Positions 41,475 to 50,982 are shown, numbered from the stretch's first letter. The stretch is DNA of 64,000 bases from Gemmatimonadales bacterium (GCA_041613315.1 JBFJHJ010000011.1:10531-74530); one strand, 5' to 3'. A program made the numbers and translations. The notes: generated by a model not told the origin, from the letters alone.

Positions 41475-42448
41475 GCCGGCGGCGATGGCTGCTGGCAACG
41501 ACGCTTGCGGTGCTGGGGTGCGGCTTCCCGCAATCGGCCGGCGACACCGTACGCGTGACCATCCCCCGGGGCGCGACCCTCGCGGCGGTGGCGGAGTCGC
41601 TGCACGCCGCGGCTGTGATCCGATCGCAGAGCCTGTTTCGCTTCTACGCCCGGCTCGGCGGACGCGCCCGCACGGTGCAAGCCGGCACCTATGAGCTGCC
41701 CCGGGGCGCGCGCCAGCGCCGGCTGCTGGAGCTCCTGCAGACCGGTCGGCCCGCAGCCAAGCGGCTGGTGTTACCGGAAGGGCTCATGCTCACGGAGATC
41801 GCCGACCAGGTGGAGCGCCAGCTCGGGATCCCCCGCGACAGCGTCCTCGCCGCCGCCCGCGACTCCGCGCTGCGCGCCCGATTCGATGTGCCGGCGGCAT
41901 CGCTGGAAGGCTATCTCTATCCCAGCACGTACCTCGTCCGGGCGGACGCGCGCGCGCGGGACGTGGTGCGACAGATGGCGGAAGAGTTCGCGGCCCGGTG
42001 GCGGCCCGCGTGGGACGCCCGGCGGGACAGCCTCGGTCTCACACGGCACGAACTGGTCACGCTCGCCTCGATCATCGAGGGGGAAGTGCGCGTGGCCCGC
42101 GACCGGCGCTTCGTCTCATCGGTATACCACAATCGGCTGCGCCGTGGCATGCGTCTCCAGGCTGACCCCACTGTGATCTACGCACTGGGACGCCGGCGCC
42201 GGCTCTTCGAGAAGGATTACCAGACGCGGTCGCCGTATAACACCTACCTCATCAACGGCCTGCCCCCAGGGCCGATCGGGAGCCCCTCGGCGGCGAGCAT
42301 CGACGCCGCGCTCTCCCCCGCCCGGACCGATTTCCTGTATTTCGTCGCGCGCCCCGACGGGCAGCATGTCTTCTCCCGAACCCTGCAGGAGCATCTGGAG
42401 ACCATCCGGGACGTGCGGCGCCTGGAGCGCGAACTGGGCGTGCGCTAG
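41471..42448 (+). CDS. mltG: Endolytic transglycosylase MltG
   Basis: LEGYLYPSTY, LASIIEGE, LQADPTV, SPYNTY..NGLPPGPI. Confidence 0.95.
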   Translation: MSRRRWLLATTLAVLGCGFPQSAGDTVRVTIPRGATLAAVAESLHAAAVIRSQSLFRFYARLGGRARTVQAGTYELPRGARQRRLLELLQTGRPAAKRLVLPEGLMLTEIADQVERQLGIPRDSVLAAARDSALRARFDVPAASLEGYLYPSTYLVRADARARDVVRQMAEEFAARWRPAWDARRDSLGLTRHELVTLASIIEGEVRVARDRRFVSSVYHNRLRRGMRLQADPTVIYALGRRRRLFEKDYQTRSPYNTYLINGLPPGPIGSPSAASIDAALSPARTDFLYFVARPDGQHVFSRTLQEHLETIRDVRRLERELGVR

Positions 42449-43080
42449 CCGGCCGGCGCCCGGTCGGCCACGTCGCGTACGGCCCGCGCCGCCCGTTCGA
42501 CGTCGCCGGTGCCGAACACGGCCGCGCTCACCGCGACCCCGAGCGCCCCCGCCGCCAGGATCTCGCCCGCGTTCAGGGCCGTGATCCCGCCGATCGCGAT
42601 CAATGGCATACCCGGCGGTGCCAGCGCCGCGAGCGCGCGGAACCCGGCGGGACCGATCGGTGCACCGGCGTCCGGCTTCGTGGTGGTGGCGTAAACCGAC
42701 CCGATGCTCCAATAATCCACGTCCGCGCGGGCGGCGTCGTCCGCCTCCGCCGGCGAGCCGGCGGAGACCCCGATCCGGAAGGGCCGCGGAGCGAAGGCGC
42801 GCACCGCCCGAGGGGGTACGTCGCTGGCGCCGAGATGCACGCCGGCGGCACCGGCGGCGAGGGCCACGTCTGCCCGGTCATTGACGAACACGGGCACGGG
42901 CAGCCCACGGACCAGAGCCTCCGCGAGCCGGAAGAGCTTTCGGGCGGGCGCACCTTTCCAGCGGAGTTGCACGGCGGTGACACCGCCGGCCACGGCGCGG
43001 CGGCAGGCCTCCAGAAGGTGACCGGGATCGACGAGGGGCGGGCCGGCGATCGCGAGGAGCCGGAGGTCAGACACGGGCAT
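42445..43080 (-). CDS. thiE: Thiamine-phosphate synthase
   Basis: VQLRWK, VNDRADVA, GVHLG, TTTK, AIGGIT. Confidence 0.9.
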   Translation of the reverse strand: MPVSDLRLLAIAGPPLVDPGHLLEACRRAVAGGVTAVQLRWKGAPARKLFRLAEALVRGLPVPVFVNDRADVALAAGAAGVHLGASDVPPRAVRAFAPRPFRIGVSAGSPAEADDAARADVDYWSIGSVYATTTKPDAGAPIGPAGFRALAALAPPGMPLIAIGGITALNAGEILAAGALGVAVSAAVFGTGDVERAARAVRDVADRAPAG

Positions 43081-43091
43081 CGGAGAGGCGT

Positions 43092-43448
43092 ATGGCGGTA
43101 CGCGGCATACGGGGCGCCACGGTCGTGGCGGACGACACCCCGGAAGCAGTGCGCGCAGCGACGCGGGAGCTCCTCACGCAGCTGGCGGACGCGAATGAGG
43201 TGGCGGCAGAGGCGATTGCGAGCATCATCTTCACGGTGACTCCCGACATCACGAGCGAATACCCGGCGCGGGCCGCGCGCGAGCTCGGCTGGACCCATGT
43301 GGCGCTGCTCGGCGCGACCGAGATGGCCGTACCCGGCGGCCTCCCGCGCTGCATCCGGGTGCTCATGCACGTGAACACCGACCACCCCGCCGCGGCGCTG
43401 AAACATATCTATCTCCACGAGGCCCGCACGCTCCGACCGGACCGATGA
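43092..43448 (+). CDS. aroH: Chorismate mutase, AroH class
   Basis: VRGIRGAT, YPARAAR, LPRCIRVL, HIYL…LRPD. Confidence 0.93.
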   Translation: MAVRGIRGATVVADDTPEAVRAATRELLTQLADANEVAAEAIASIIFTVTPDITSEYPARAARELGWTHVALLGATEMAVPGGLPRCIRVLMHVNTDHPAAALKHIYLHEARTLRPDR

Positions 43449-44608
43449 GGGCAACGGTCAGGGTGTCCGCCCGTGGGACGGCGCGGTGGCGGCTCGGGCA
43501 CCCGTGGATCTACCGCTCGGACGTCGACGATGCCGCCTACCCGCCCGGCATCGTGCGCGTGATGGATCGGCGCGGGCGCTATCGCGGACAAGCGCTCTGG
43601 AGCCCGAGATCGGAGATCCGGCTGCGGCTCCTCACCGGGGCGGACGCTTCCGTGGACGGCGCCTGGTGGCGCGGCGCGCTTCGCGCGGCAGGGGCACGCC
43701 GGGCCGACCTCGCACCAGATGCCACCGCGTTCCGCCTCGTGCACGCCGAGGCCGACGGCCTCCCATCGCTCGTGGTGGACCGCTACAGCGACTACCTCGT
43801 CGCCCAGCTGCTCTCCGCCGGGCTCGAGGCCGAGCGCGACACGGTGGTCGCCGCGCTGCTCGAGAGCTTCGAGTCGAAGGGGCTGCTGCTCCGCCACGAC
43901 GTGTCCGTCCGGCGGCACGAAGGGCTGCCCATGGAGATCGTGGACGCGGCGGGCACGGTGCCGGACCTCGTGGAGGTGCGGGAAGGTCCCGTGCGGTACC
44001 TCGCCGCGCTCCGCACCGGGCAGAAGACCGGCGCGTTCTTGGATCAGCGGGAGAACCGGTTGCTGGCCGGGCGCCTCGCAAACGGCCGCGCGCTGGACCT
44101 GTTCTGCTATCAGGGGTTGTTCGCGCTCCATCTGGCACGGGGCGGCGCCGATCACGTGCGCGCCGTCGATGCGAGCGCGCCTGCCCTCGCGCTCGCCGCG
44201 CGGAACGCCGAGCTGAATGGCCTCACGAACGTGGAGTGGATCGAGGGGAATGCTTTCGATCTATTGCGCGCGTGGGCGCGAACCACCGAGCGATTCGACG
44301 TGGTCGTGGTGGATCCGCCGGCGTTCGTCAAGCGGAAAGACGCCCTGGCGCGCGGGCTCGCCGGCTACAAGGAGATCAACCTCAGGGCGATGCAGCTCCT
44401 GGCGCCCGGGGGCCGGCTTCTCACGTGCTCGTGCTCATTCCACGTGGACCGCAGCCGATTTCTCGGCATGCTGGCCGACGCGGCCGCCGACAGCGGGCGG
44501 CGGCTCGTGCTGGAGCGGGCCGTCGGCCAAAGCGCCGACCACCCCGAGGTGCTGACGATTCCGGAGACCGGCTACTTGAAGGGGGCGCTGCTGCGGGCGC
44601 TCGACTGA
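43445..44608 (+). CDS. rlmI: Class I SAM-dependent rRNA methyltransferase (RlmI-like)
   Basis: GHPWIY PUA domain, GQKTGAFLDQRENR, LDLFCYQG, VDPPAF, PETGYLK. Confidence 0.88.
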   Translation: MRATVRVSARGTARWRLGHPWIYRSDVDDAAYPPGIVRVMDRRGRYRGQALWSPRSEIRLRLLTGADASVDGAWWRGALRAAGARRADLAPDATAFRLVHAEADGLPSLVVDRYSDYLVAQLLSAGLEAERDTVVAALLESFESKGLLLRHDVSVRRHEGLPMEIVDAAGTVPDLVEVREGPVRYLAALRTGQKTGAFLDQRENRLLAGRLANGRALDLFCYQGLFALHLARGGADHVRAVDASAPALALAARNAELNGLTNVEWIEGNAFDLLRAWARTTERFDVVVVDPPAFVKRKDALARGLAGYKEINLRAMQLLAPGGRLLTCSCSFHVDRSRFLGMLADAAADSGRRLVLERAVGQSADHPEVLTIPETGYLKGALLRALD

Positions 44609-44658
44609 CCGCGCACCGCGACAACTGAAGGAGGGATCACGGATGCCGGGTGGGTCGA

Positions 44659-45318
44659 TCAGTCCTGTCTGCCCTCGGCCTGTTCGGTCTGCTCGCGTCG
44701 CCACAGGACGTACGACTGCACCACCGGCACCAGCACGGCCACGGCGATGACGACGAGGACGGCAGTGACCGACACGCGGCTGGACCAGAACCCCAGGGCG
44801 GCCGTCGCGGCGCCCGCGCCAACGAACAGCCACCCACCCGCGCGGTGCGTCTTCCGCCAGACGCGGTCACTCGAGAGCGTCCACGGCGTGCGGATGCCGA
44901 CGAACCAGTTGGGTTCGACCCGGGTCAGGTAGTTCCCCAACAGCACGAGCAGGAGCCCGACCCCCAGCGGCACCACCCGGTTGACGCGCACGTCATACCC
45001 CAGTCCGACGGCGAGCAACATGCCGTGGATGCCCGCAAAGAAGAGGACGACCCCGTTGATCAGCAGCCAGTAGGTGTCCCGGAACTTCTCGTAGTTGCGC
45101 CCCTTGGGATCGATCTTCGGCACGACGGCCATCAGGGCCACAAAGGCCGCGATCACGAGGGGCACGATGCTGACCGCGAGGAGTCTGGGTCCGTGTCCGT
45201 CGATCTCGCCGCGCACGTTCCAATGGACCGGCATGCGGTCCGGCAGGTGCGGATAGGCGAGTACCGAGGCAGCGACCGCGATCGCCGCCACGACCGGGCC
45301 GAGCCACGGGCTACGCAT
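44659..45318 (-). CDS. sdpI: SdpI-family immunity membrane protein
   Basis: LPDRMPVHWN…DG, NWFVGIRTPWTLSSDRVWRKTHR. Confidence 0.9.
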   Translation of the reverse strand: MRSPWLGPVVAAIAVAASVLAYPHLPDRMPVHWNVRGEIDGHGPRLLAVSIVPLVIAAFVALMAVVPKIDPKGRNYEKFRDTYWLLINGVVLFFAGIHGMLLAVGLGYDVRVNRVVPLGVGLLLVLLGNYLTRVEPNWFVGIRTPWTLSSDRVWRKTHRAGGWLFVGAGAATAALGFWSSRVSVTAVLVVIAVAVLVPVVQSYVLWRREQTEQAEGRQD

Positions 45319-45583
45319 CCGTCCCTCCCGCGAACACGTTCATCAAGTATTTCACGGTCTCCTGGAACACCGTCGTGTTGAGCCGGTAGCGCACATGTTG
45401 GCCCTCGCGCTCCGCCGCCACCAGGCCGGCGTTCTTGAGGACGCCCAGATGATGCGACACCGACGCGAACGCAATCGGAAACTCGTCGGCGATCTCCCCC
45501 GCCGTCCGGTCCCGTGTCGCCAGGAGCTCGAGGATCCGCCGGCGCGTGGGATCGGCCAAGGCCCGAAACACCCCGTCTCTCAT
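45311..45583 (-). CDS. sdpR: ArsR-family autorepressor (SdpR-like)
   Basis: FRALADPTRRRILELL, TAGEIA, SHHL.VLK.AGLV, YRLNTTVFQE; overlaps the sdpI start. Confidence 0.9.
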   Translation of the reverse strand: MRDGVFRALADPTRRRILELLATRDRTAGEIADEFPIAFASVSHHLGVLKNAGLVAAEREGQHVRYRLNTTVFQETVKYLMNVFAGGTDA

Positions 45584-45594
45584 GGATTAGATGA

Positions 45595-45610
45595 TTAGAT
45601 AAGTATCTAA
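45595..45610. promoter_or_regulatory. Inverted-repeat operator TTAGATA-AG-TATCTAA in the sdpR promoter
   Basis: Perfect 7-2-7 palindrome between the minus-strand TTGACT (45614-45619) and the sdpR ATG. Confidence 0.7.
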
Positions 45611-45699
45611 ATAAGTCAAGCGGCACCTTCCCGCTCCGTCCCCAACCTCTGTTCCCCCATCCCGTTGACAGGCTTGCCGGCCCCGACGAACGTGCATCC

Positions 45700-46578
45700 A
45701 TGCCGCTCGCCCCGGCGCACGCACGCGACCGCACCACACAGATCCGTCGAGTCCTGATCGGCATCCTCCTCGCCAATCTCGGCGTCGTGGGGGCCAAGTT
45801 CGTCATCGGCTTCGGCACGGGCTCGCTCGGGGTGTTAGGGGACGCGGTGCACTCGTCGGTGGATGCGATGAACAACGTGCTCGGGCTCGCCGTGATGCGC
45901 GTGGCCGCCCGCGAGCCGGACGAGGATCATCCCTATGGTCACGGCAAGTTCGAGACGCTGGGCGCCCTCGCCATTGTGGTCTTTCTTTCCGTGAGCGGCT
46001 TCGAGCTGGTGAAAGGGGCCATCGGCCGGCTCCTCTCGGGCGCCGCCCCGCTCGAAATCAGCGGTATCGAGCTGGCGCTCCTGGCCGGGACCCTGGGGGT
46101 CAATATCGTGGTAACGGCGTTCGAGTCGCGCCGCGGCCGTGAGCTCGACAGCGAGATCCTCCTGGCCGACGCGGCCCATACGCGCGCCGATGTGTTCATC
46201 ACGCTCGGCGTGCTCACGGGTGTCCTGCTCTCTCGGCAAGGCTACGGCTGGGTGGACCCGATCGTGGCCCTGATCGTGGCCGTCGTGATCGTGATCCTCG
46301 CGTGGGGGATCGTCGCCCGTTCCGTGCCGGTCCTGGTCGACGAGCAGGCCGCGCCGTCCAACGAGATCCAGCTCGCCGCCGAGTCGGTGGCCGGTGTGAT
46401 GACGGCCTACGACATCCGGTCCCGCGGCTCCCACGCCCGGCGGTTCGCCGAGATCACGATCGCCGTGGACCGGAGTTCCAGCGTGGACGCGGCGCACCGC
46501 ATTGCCGACGCGGTCGAGGCCCGGCTCCGCGAGCAGCTCGATTTCCACGAAGTCATTGTGCACATCGAGCCGTGCTGA
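45700..46578 (+). CDS. Cation diffusion facilitator (FieF-like) transporter
   Basis: GDAVHSSVD, DEDHPYGHGKFE, ADAAHTRAD, VHIEP. Confidence 0.93.
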   Translation: MPLAPAHARDRTTQIRRVLIGILLANLGVVGAKFVIGFGTGSLGVLGDAVHSSVDAMNNVLGLAVMRVAAREPDEDHPYGHGKFETLGALAIVVFLSVSGFELVKGAIGRLLSGAAPLEISGIELALLAGTLGVNIVVTAFESRRGRELDSEILLADAAHTRADVFITLGVLTGVLLSRQGYGWVDPIVALIVAVVIVILAWGIVARSVPVLVDEQAAPSNEIQLAAESVAGVMTAYDIRSRGSHARRFAEITIAVDRSSSVDAAHRIADAVEARLREQLDFHEVIVHIEPC

Positions 46579-47381
46579 CCGAGCGCCGACCCACGCGTGC
46601 GCCGCCGAGGCGGCCGCAGCAGTCGCTGCGCCAGGAGTACGAAGAATTCATCCTCCAGCGCATCGAGGAATTCAAGGAGCAAATCACCCGCACCGAGCTG
46701 TTGACGATCGCCGACGACGCGGTGCGGGAGCTGGAGGCGGGTGCCGAGGACCAGCTCGTGCTCACGGAGGTGCTCGTGCTGGAGCACGTGGACCGGCTCA
46801 TCATGCGCCGGCTCAACCTCCCGACCTACCGGCGCTGGCGCGACCGGCATCTCAGGCTGCGGCGCGCCCAACGCCAGCCCACGCACTGGGGGCTCGAGCC
46901 CGATGCACCGCTCGTGGCGCTCGCCGGTGCGCCCGACTGCGAGCGCGTGGCGCTGGTCGCCGGCGCGGGCGCGGCGCCGGCGGCGCTCTTCCTCGCGGCG
47001 TACGACTGGCCCGTGCTGTTCATCGACGGCACGCTCGGCACCGTCGAGGCGATGGAGACGCGCGCCGCTGCTGAAGCGCTCGCCGGACACTTCCAGGCTC
47101 TCGTGGTGCGCTTCGGTGATTGGTTCCCCGATGTCGCCCCCGCGCTCACCGTGCTGGACACGATGACGCTGGACCGCCTGCCCGGCCGGCGGCGCGCCCG
47201 GTTCCTCGGCACGCTCCGGGATCGGACCCCGCCCGGAGGCGCGCATTGCTTCCTCCCACCGCCGGAGGCGGACGGCGCCCCGCAGGCCGTGGCGGCGCTC
47301 CCTTCGGAGTACGCCGGCTGGCGGCTCGAGCGGACACGCGGCGACGGCCGCCCGCCCTGGATCGTGACGGTCAAACCGTAG
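46572..47381 (+). CDS. Hypothetical protein: helical N-domain plus degenerate SAM-methyltransferase-like fold
   Basis: GTG start overlaps the CDF stop. 'ALVAGAGAAPAALFLAAYDWPVLFIDG' resembles MTase motifs I-II. Confidence 0.6.
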   Translation: MLTERRPTRAPPRRPQQSLRQEYEEFILQRIEEFKEQITRTELLTIADDAVRELEAGAEDQLVLTEVLVLEHVDRLIMRRLNLPTYRRWRDRHLRLRRAQRQPTHWGLEPDAPLVALAGAPDCERVALVAGAGAAPAALFLAAYDWPVLFIDGTLGTVEAMETRAAAEALAGHFQALVVRFGDWFPDVAPALTVLDTMTLDRLPGRRRARFLGTLRDRTPPGGAHCFLPPPEADGAPQAVAALPSEYAGWRLERTRGDGRPPWIVTVKP

Positions 47382-47455
47382 TCGCCAAAACGTTGCGGGG
47401 CCGGCAGCGTGCCGGCCCCTGAGCAACATCGTGCGACGTATCGTCGCGACGGCCG

Positions 47456-47575
47456 CTATCTGCGTTTCCTCCGGCCCGCCGCCTTCTTCGTCGCTTTCTT
47501 GCGCGCCCGCCGCTTGGTCCGACGCTTCGCGGCGGTTTTCGCGGTCGCCCTGCGGGCTCTCCGACGTGCGGCCAT
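47456..47575 (-). CDS. 39-aa highly basic histone H1/protamine-like microprotein
   Basis: MAARRRARRATAKTAAKRRTKRRARKKATKKAAGRRKRR*; GGAGG 5 nt upstream of the ATG; lies wholly in an intergenic gap. Confidence 0.75.
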   Translation of the reverse strand: MAARRRARRATAKTAAKRRTKRRARKKATKKAAGRRKRR

Positions 47576-47723
47576 GAGATCCTCCGGGGTGAGTGGTGCA
47601 ACCCGCCCATGGGGGACGGGTCAAGGTGCGAGCGGCGCCACACCGCCCGCGCGACAGCCTCCCCTCCGCTCCGCTGCACGCCCGCCGGCCGGCGCCCTCG
47701 CCGGCGGCGATCGCGCGCCGTCG

Positions 47724-49073
47724 TCAGACGGCGTCCGAGACGGACGTGAAATGGAAGTTGCGCACCACCAACGGCGGCACCACGACCGCCGTCCCCAACC
47801 CACCGGATTCGGAAGCGACCACTCGCACGGGCCGTCCCAGGGCGACCACGTTGCGCAGCATCGCCGCAATGCTCTCGTTGAACCGGAGGTTCTGCACCGC
47901 CCCGGTCACCTGGCCATTCTCAATGCGGAACGTCCCGTCGCGGGTGAGCCCGGTGAACTTGAGCGTGCGCGGGTCCACCCCGCGGATGTACCAGAAGCGG
48001 GTGACGAGCAAGCCGCGCTGAACCGTCGCGACCAGATCGTCCGTAGTCCCCTCGCCGCCTACCATCTTCAGCCCGCCGGCCAAGGGGACGGGCGCGCGGT
48101 TCTGGCGCTGAGCCCAGTACCGGCTGTACGCCAGCGTGCGGAGCACACCGCTGTCGATCCACATCGCGCGGCCGACCGGCACGCCTTCGTCAGTGAAGGG
48201 TTGTTCGAGCAGATCGGGATCGGCCGGGTCGGAGTAGATGGTCACCCGCCGGTCCGCCACCGTCTCCCCGATACGATTGCCGCCGCCCGATTTCGCGAAG
48301 AACGACCGCCCCTCGTCGGCCTCGCGGGCGTCCAGCCCGACCCGCAGCAGTTGGAGGAGATTCCCGACGGCGGTGGCTTCGAGGACCACCGTCTCCGCCC
48401 CGGGCGTCGCCGTCCCGGCGCCCGCGCTCCGCCGCGCCTTGGCGATGGCGCGCGCCGCCAACTCGGCCGGCGGTGTGAGTCGCGCCCAGTCGTTGTGTGT
48501 GCTCCCGCTCCACCCCGACCCCTCACCGGGAGGCGTCCGCACGGTCGTCGTGAGGGACGCGGCGGTCGAATGGTGGTACGCGAACAGGCCGGCGGAGTTG
48601 GCGACGGCGGAGGAGCCGGCCCGTCGTTCCAAGAAGCCGGTAGATACCAGGTCGGCCGCCGCCGCGGGTTCCATGATGCCGAGGACCGCGTCGGCCCGCT
48701 CGCCCGCGCCCAACTTTTCCGTGGACTCGAAGAACGCCGGCACCTCTTGATAGGTCTGGTCGGGGAGAAGCGGCATCTGCTCGGGGTCCTCGGGCGCCAG
48801 CTTGGCCAGCGTCTCGGCACGTTCGGCCGCCGCTTTGATACCCGGGTCGTCCAGCCTATTGAAGGCGACCGAGGCGCTCCGCCGCCCGAAGCGAACGGTG
48901 AGCGTGGCCCGCACGTCCACCGCATCGCCGGCGGTCGAGATCTCGTTGCGGGCGAATCGCGTGTACCCGGCTACCCCACCCTCGACGTTCACGAGCGCGC
49001 CCTCGGCACCGGTGGCGGCGAGGATGCGCGTGCAGAGCGCGCGGGCTTCGTCGCGGGTGAGAATATCCGCCAC
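47724..49073 (-). CDS. TldE/PmbA-like subunit
   Basis: TRFARNEI, PFTDEGVP, GLLVTRFWYIR, TGLTRDGTF.IENG; no HExxxH. Confidence 0.88.
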   Translation of the reverse strand: MADILTRDEARALCTRILAATGAEGALVNVEGGVAGYTRFARNEISTAGDAVDVRATLTVRFGRRSASVAFNRLDDPGIKAAAERAETLAKLAPEDPEQMPLLPDQTYQEVPAFFESTEKLGAGERADAVLGIMEPAAAADLVSTGFLERRAGSSAVANSAGLFAYHHSTAASLTTTVRTPPGEGSGWSGSTHNDWARLTPPAELAARAIAKARRSAGAGTATPGAETVVLEATAVGNLLQLLRVGLDAREADEGRSFFAKSGGGNRIGETVADRRVTIYSDPADPDLLEQPFTDEGVPVGRAMWIDSGVLRTLAYSRYWAQRQNRAPVPLAGGLKMVGGEGTTDDLVATVQRGLLVTRFWYIRGVDPRTLKFTGLTRDGTFRIENGQVTGAVQNLRFNESIAAMLRNVVALGRPVRVVASESGGLGTAVVVPPLVVRNFHFTSVSDAV

Positions 49074-49083
49074 GAGCGCCCGC

Positions 49084-50685
49084 TCAGGTCCGCGCCGTGT
49101 TGATCACGGTGACGTTCTGGAAGCGCGCCGGCGGGCACCCGTGGCTCACGGCGTTCGCCTGCGCGGGCTGCCCCTTGGCGTCGAAGAAGGTGCCCCCCAG
49201 CTCGTAGCTCCCCGCGCCGCCCAGCATATCCATGGCGTTCCAGAATTCGGGCGTACGCCCCTGATACGCCACGTCTTTGAGCATGCCGGTGATCTTGCCG
49301 GCCCGCACCTCGTAGAACACCTGACCACCGAACTGGAAGTTGTAGCGCTGCTGGTCGATGCTGTACGAGCCATTGCCCCGGATGAGGATGCCGCGGTCCG
49401 TGGCGGCGACCAGATCGTCCAGCGCGTGGTCCTCCTCGCCCGGGAGCAGCGAGACATTGGGCATCCGCTGGAACTGCACGTCGTCCCACGACGCGGCAAA
49501 GGAGCACCCGTGTGACCGGGTCACCCCCGTGAGGCGGGCAATCCAGCCTGCCTGCTCGCGCGTGGTCTGGTAATCCACGAAGATCCCGTCCTTGATGATC
49601 GGCCAACTGTCGGCCGGCACGCCCTCGTCGTCCCACCCCACCGTGGCGAGCGCGCCCCGTTGTGTGCGGTCGCCCTGCACGTTCATGAACTCGGGACCGT
49701 ACTGGAACGTTCCGATCACGGCCTCGGGCGGTGCGAGGAACGACGTGCCCGCGTAGTTGGCTTCGTAGCCCAGCGCCCGGTCGAGCTCGGTCGGGTGGCC
49801 GATGGACTCGTGAATCGTGAGGTAGAGGTGGCTGGGATCCAGGATCAGCGTGTACCGCCCGGGTTCCACCGGCCGGGCCGAGAGCTTCTCCACCGCCTGC
49901 TCGGCCCACTCGGGCGCGCGGCCGACCAGATCCGCGCGCTCGACATGCTCATACCCCAGCCCCATGGGCGCGACCTCCGCAGCGGCGCGCGACTGGAAGT
50001 CCGAGAAGTCCGACGCCACGGCGGTGACGCTGAGCTGCGGACGGGTGCGGTACAGCGTCTGCACGATCACGGATCCCACGCTCGACGCGAAGGTCGTTTC
50101 CGACCGGACGAACGCGAGCGACGAGCGCGCGAAACGCGCACCCCGCACCGTGAGCGCCGCCGCGTTCGCTTCCAGGAGCAGCGCCACCTTGTCCGCGACC
50201 GGCACGTCGAACGGGTCCCGCACGATCGGGCTACGCCACGCGGCGTTGGGGAACGGATCGACGGGGGCGAGCGTGACCGGTGTCCGAAAGGCGCGGCGGT
50301 TCGCCTTCGCCTGCGCCACGGCGGCGCCGGCGAGCCGCACGCTCTCGTCCCACGTCACGCGGCGGCTGGCGGCGAACCCCCACGCCCCCTCGACCAGCAC
50401 GCGCACGCCCATACCGAACGTGCTCCGATCGTCGAGGTCGGTGACCCGCGCTTCGCGAGTCGCGATCGACTGGAGGCGGAGGTCGGTGACGCGCGCGTCG
50501 GCGTACGATGCGCCCGCGCTCCTGGCGGCGTCCAGCGCCACCATGCAGAGCTCTTTGATGGCCGGGTCACCCTGCGACGGCAGTGGGACTGGCCGAACGG
50601 CGGACGCCGCGCGCGGCGCTGACACCGCCAGCGCGGCAGCGGCGAGCGATGTCTGCGTCAGGAAGTCGCGGCGCGTAACCGACAT
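49084..50685 (-). CDS. tldD: TldD-family metalloprotease with a Tat signal peptide
   Basis: MSVTRRDFL Tat motif, TIHESIGHPTELDR, WDDEGV, QRMPNVSL, KGQP.Q…SHGCP. The ORF-track extension to 52737 is spurious. Confidence 0.9.
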   Translation of the reverse strand: MSVTRRDFLTQTSLAAAALAVSAPRAASAVRPVPLPSQGDPAIKELCMVALDAARSAGASYADARVTDLRLQSIATREARVTDLDDRSTFGMGVRVLVEGAWGFAASRRVTWDESVRLAGAAVAQAKANRRAFRTPVTLAPVDPFPNAAWRSPIVRDPFDVPVADKVALLLEANAAALTVRGARFARSSLAFVRSETTFASSVGSVIVQTLYRTRPQLSVTAVASDFSDFQSRAAAEVAPMGLGYEHVERADLVGRAPEWAEQAVEKLSARPVEPGRYTLILDPSHLYLTIHESIGHPTELDRALGYEANYAGTSFLAPPEAVIGTFQYGPEFMNVQGDRTQRGALATVGWDDEGVPADSWPIIKDGIFVDYQTTREQAGWIARLTGVTRSHGCSFAASWDDVQFQRMPNVSLLPGEEDHALDDLVAATDRGILIRGNGSYSIDQQRYNFQFGGQVFYEVRAGKITGMLKDVAYQGRTPEFWNAMDMLGGAGSYELGGTFFDAKGQPAQANAVSHGCPPARFQNVTVINTART

Positions 50686-50982
50686 CACCAGCGCTCCGAT
50701 CAGTAGAACGTTCGCGCCCGAATATGGGACATCGCGAAACAACACGCAATACGATCCGGTGGCGTAATGCGCGCGCGCGCAGCAACTTGCCGCCGTCCGG
50801 CCCGCGCTCCAAATTCGTCGCCGACCCTCGAAGCCGATCACGTCGCATCGCGACCGATACCAACGAGGACCTCGTAACGTGCAACGCTCTGTCAGCTCTC
50901 TCGATCTCCGGCTCGAGCCGGTACGCGCCATCACGCGCTGCCAACTTCGCCGCGCGCGCGGACGGTGGCGGAGGACGCCAGC

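Noticed and set aside
43081..43200. TPP riboswitch upstream of thiE
   Set aside because: There are only 11 bp before aroH and no recognisable TPP aptamer core.
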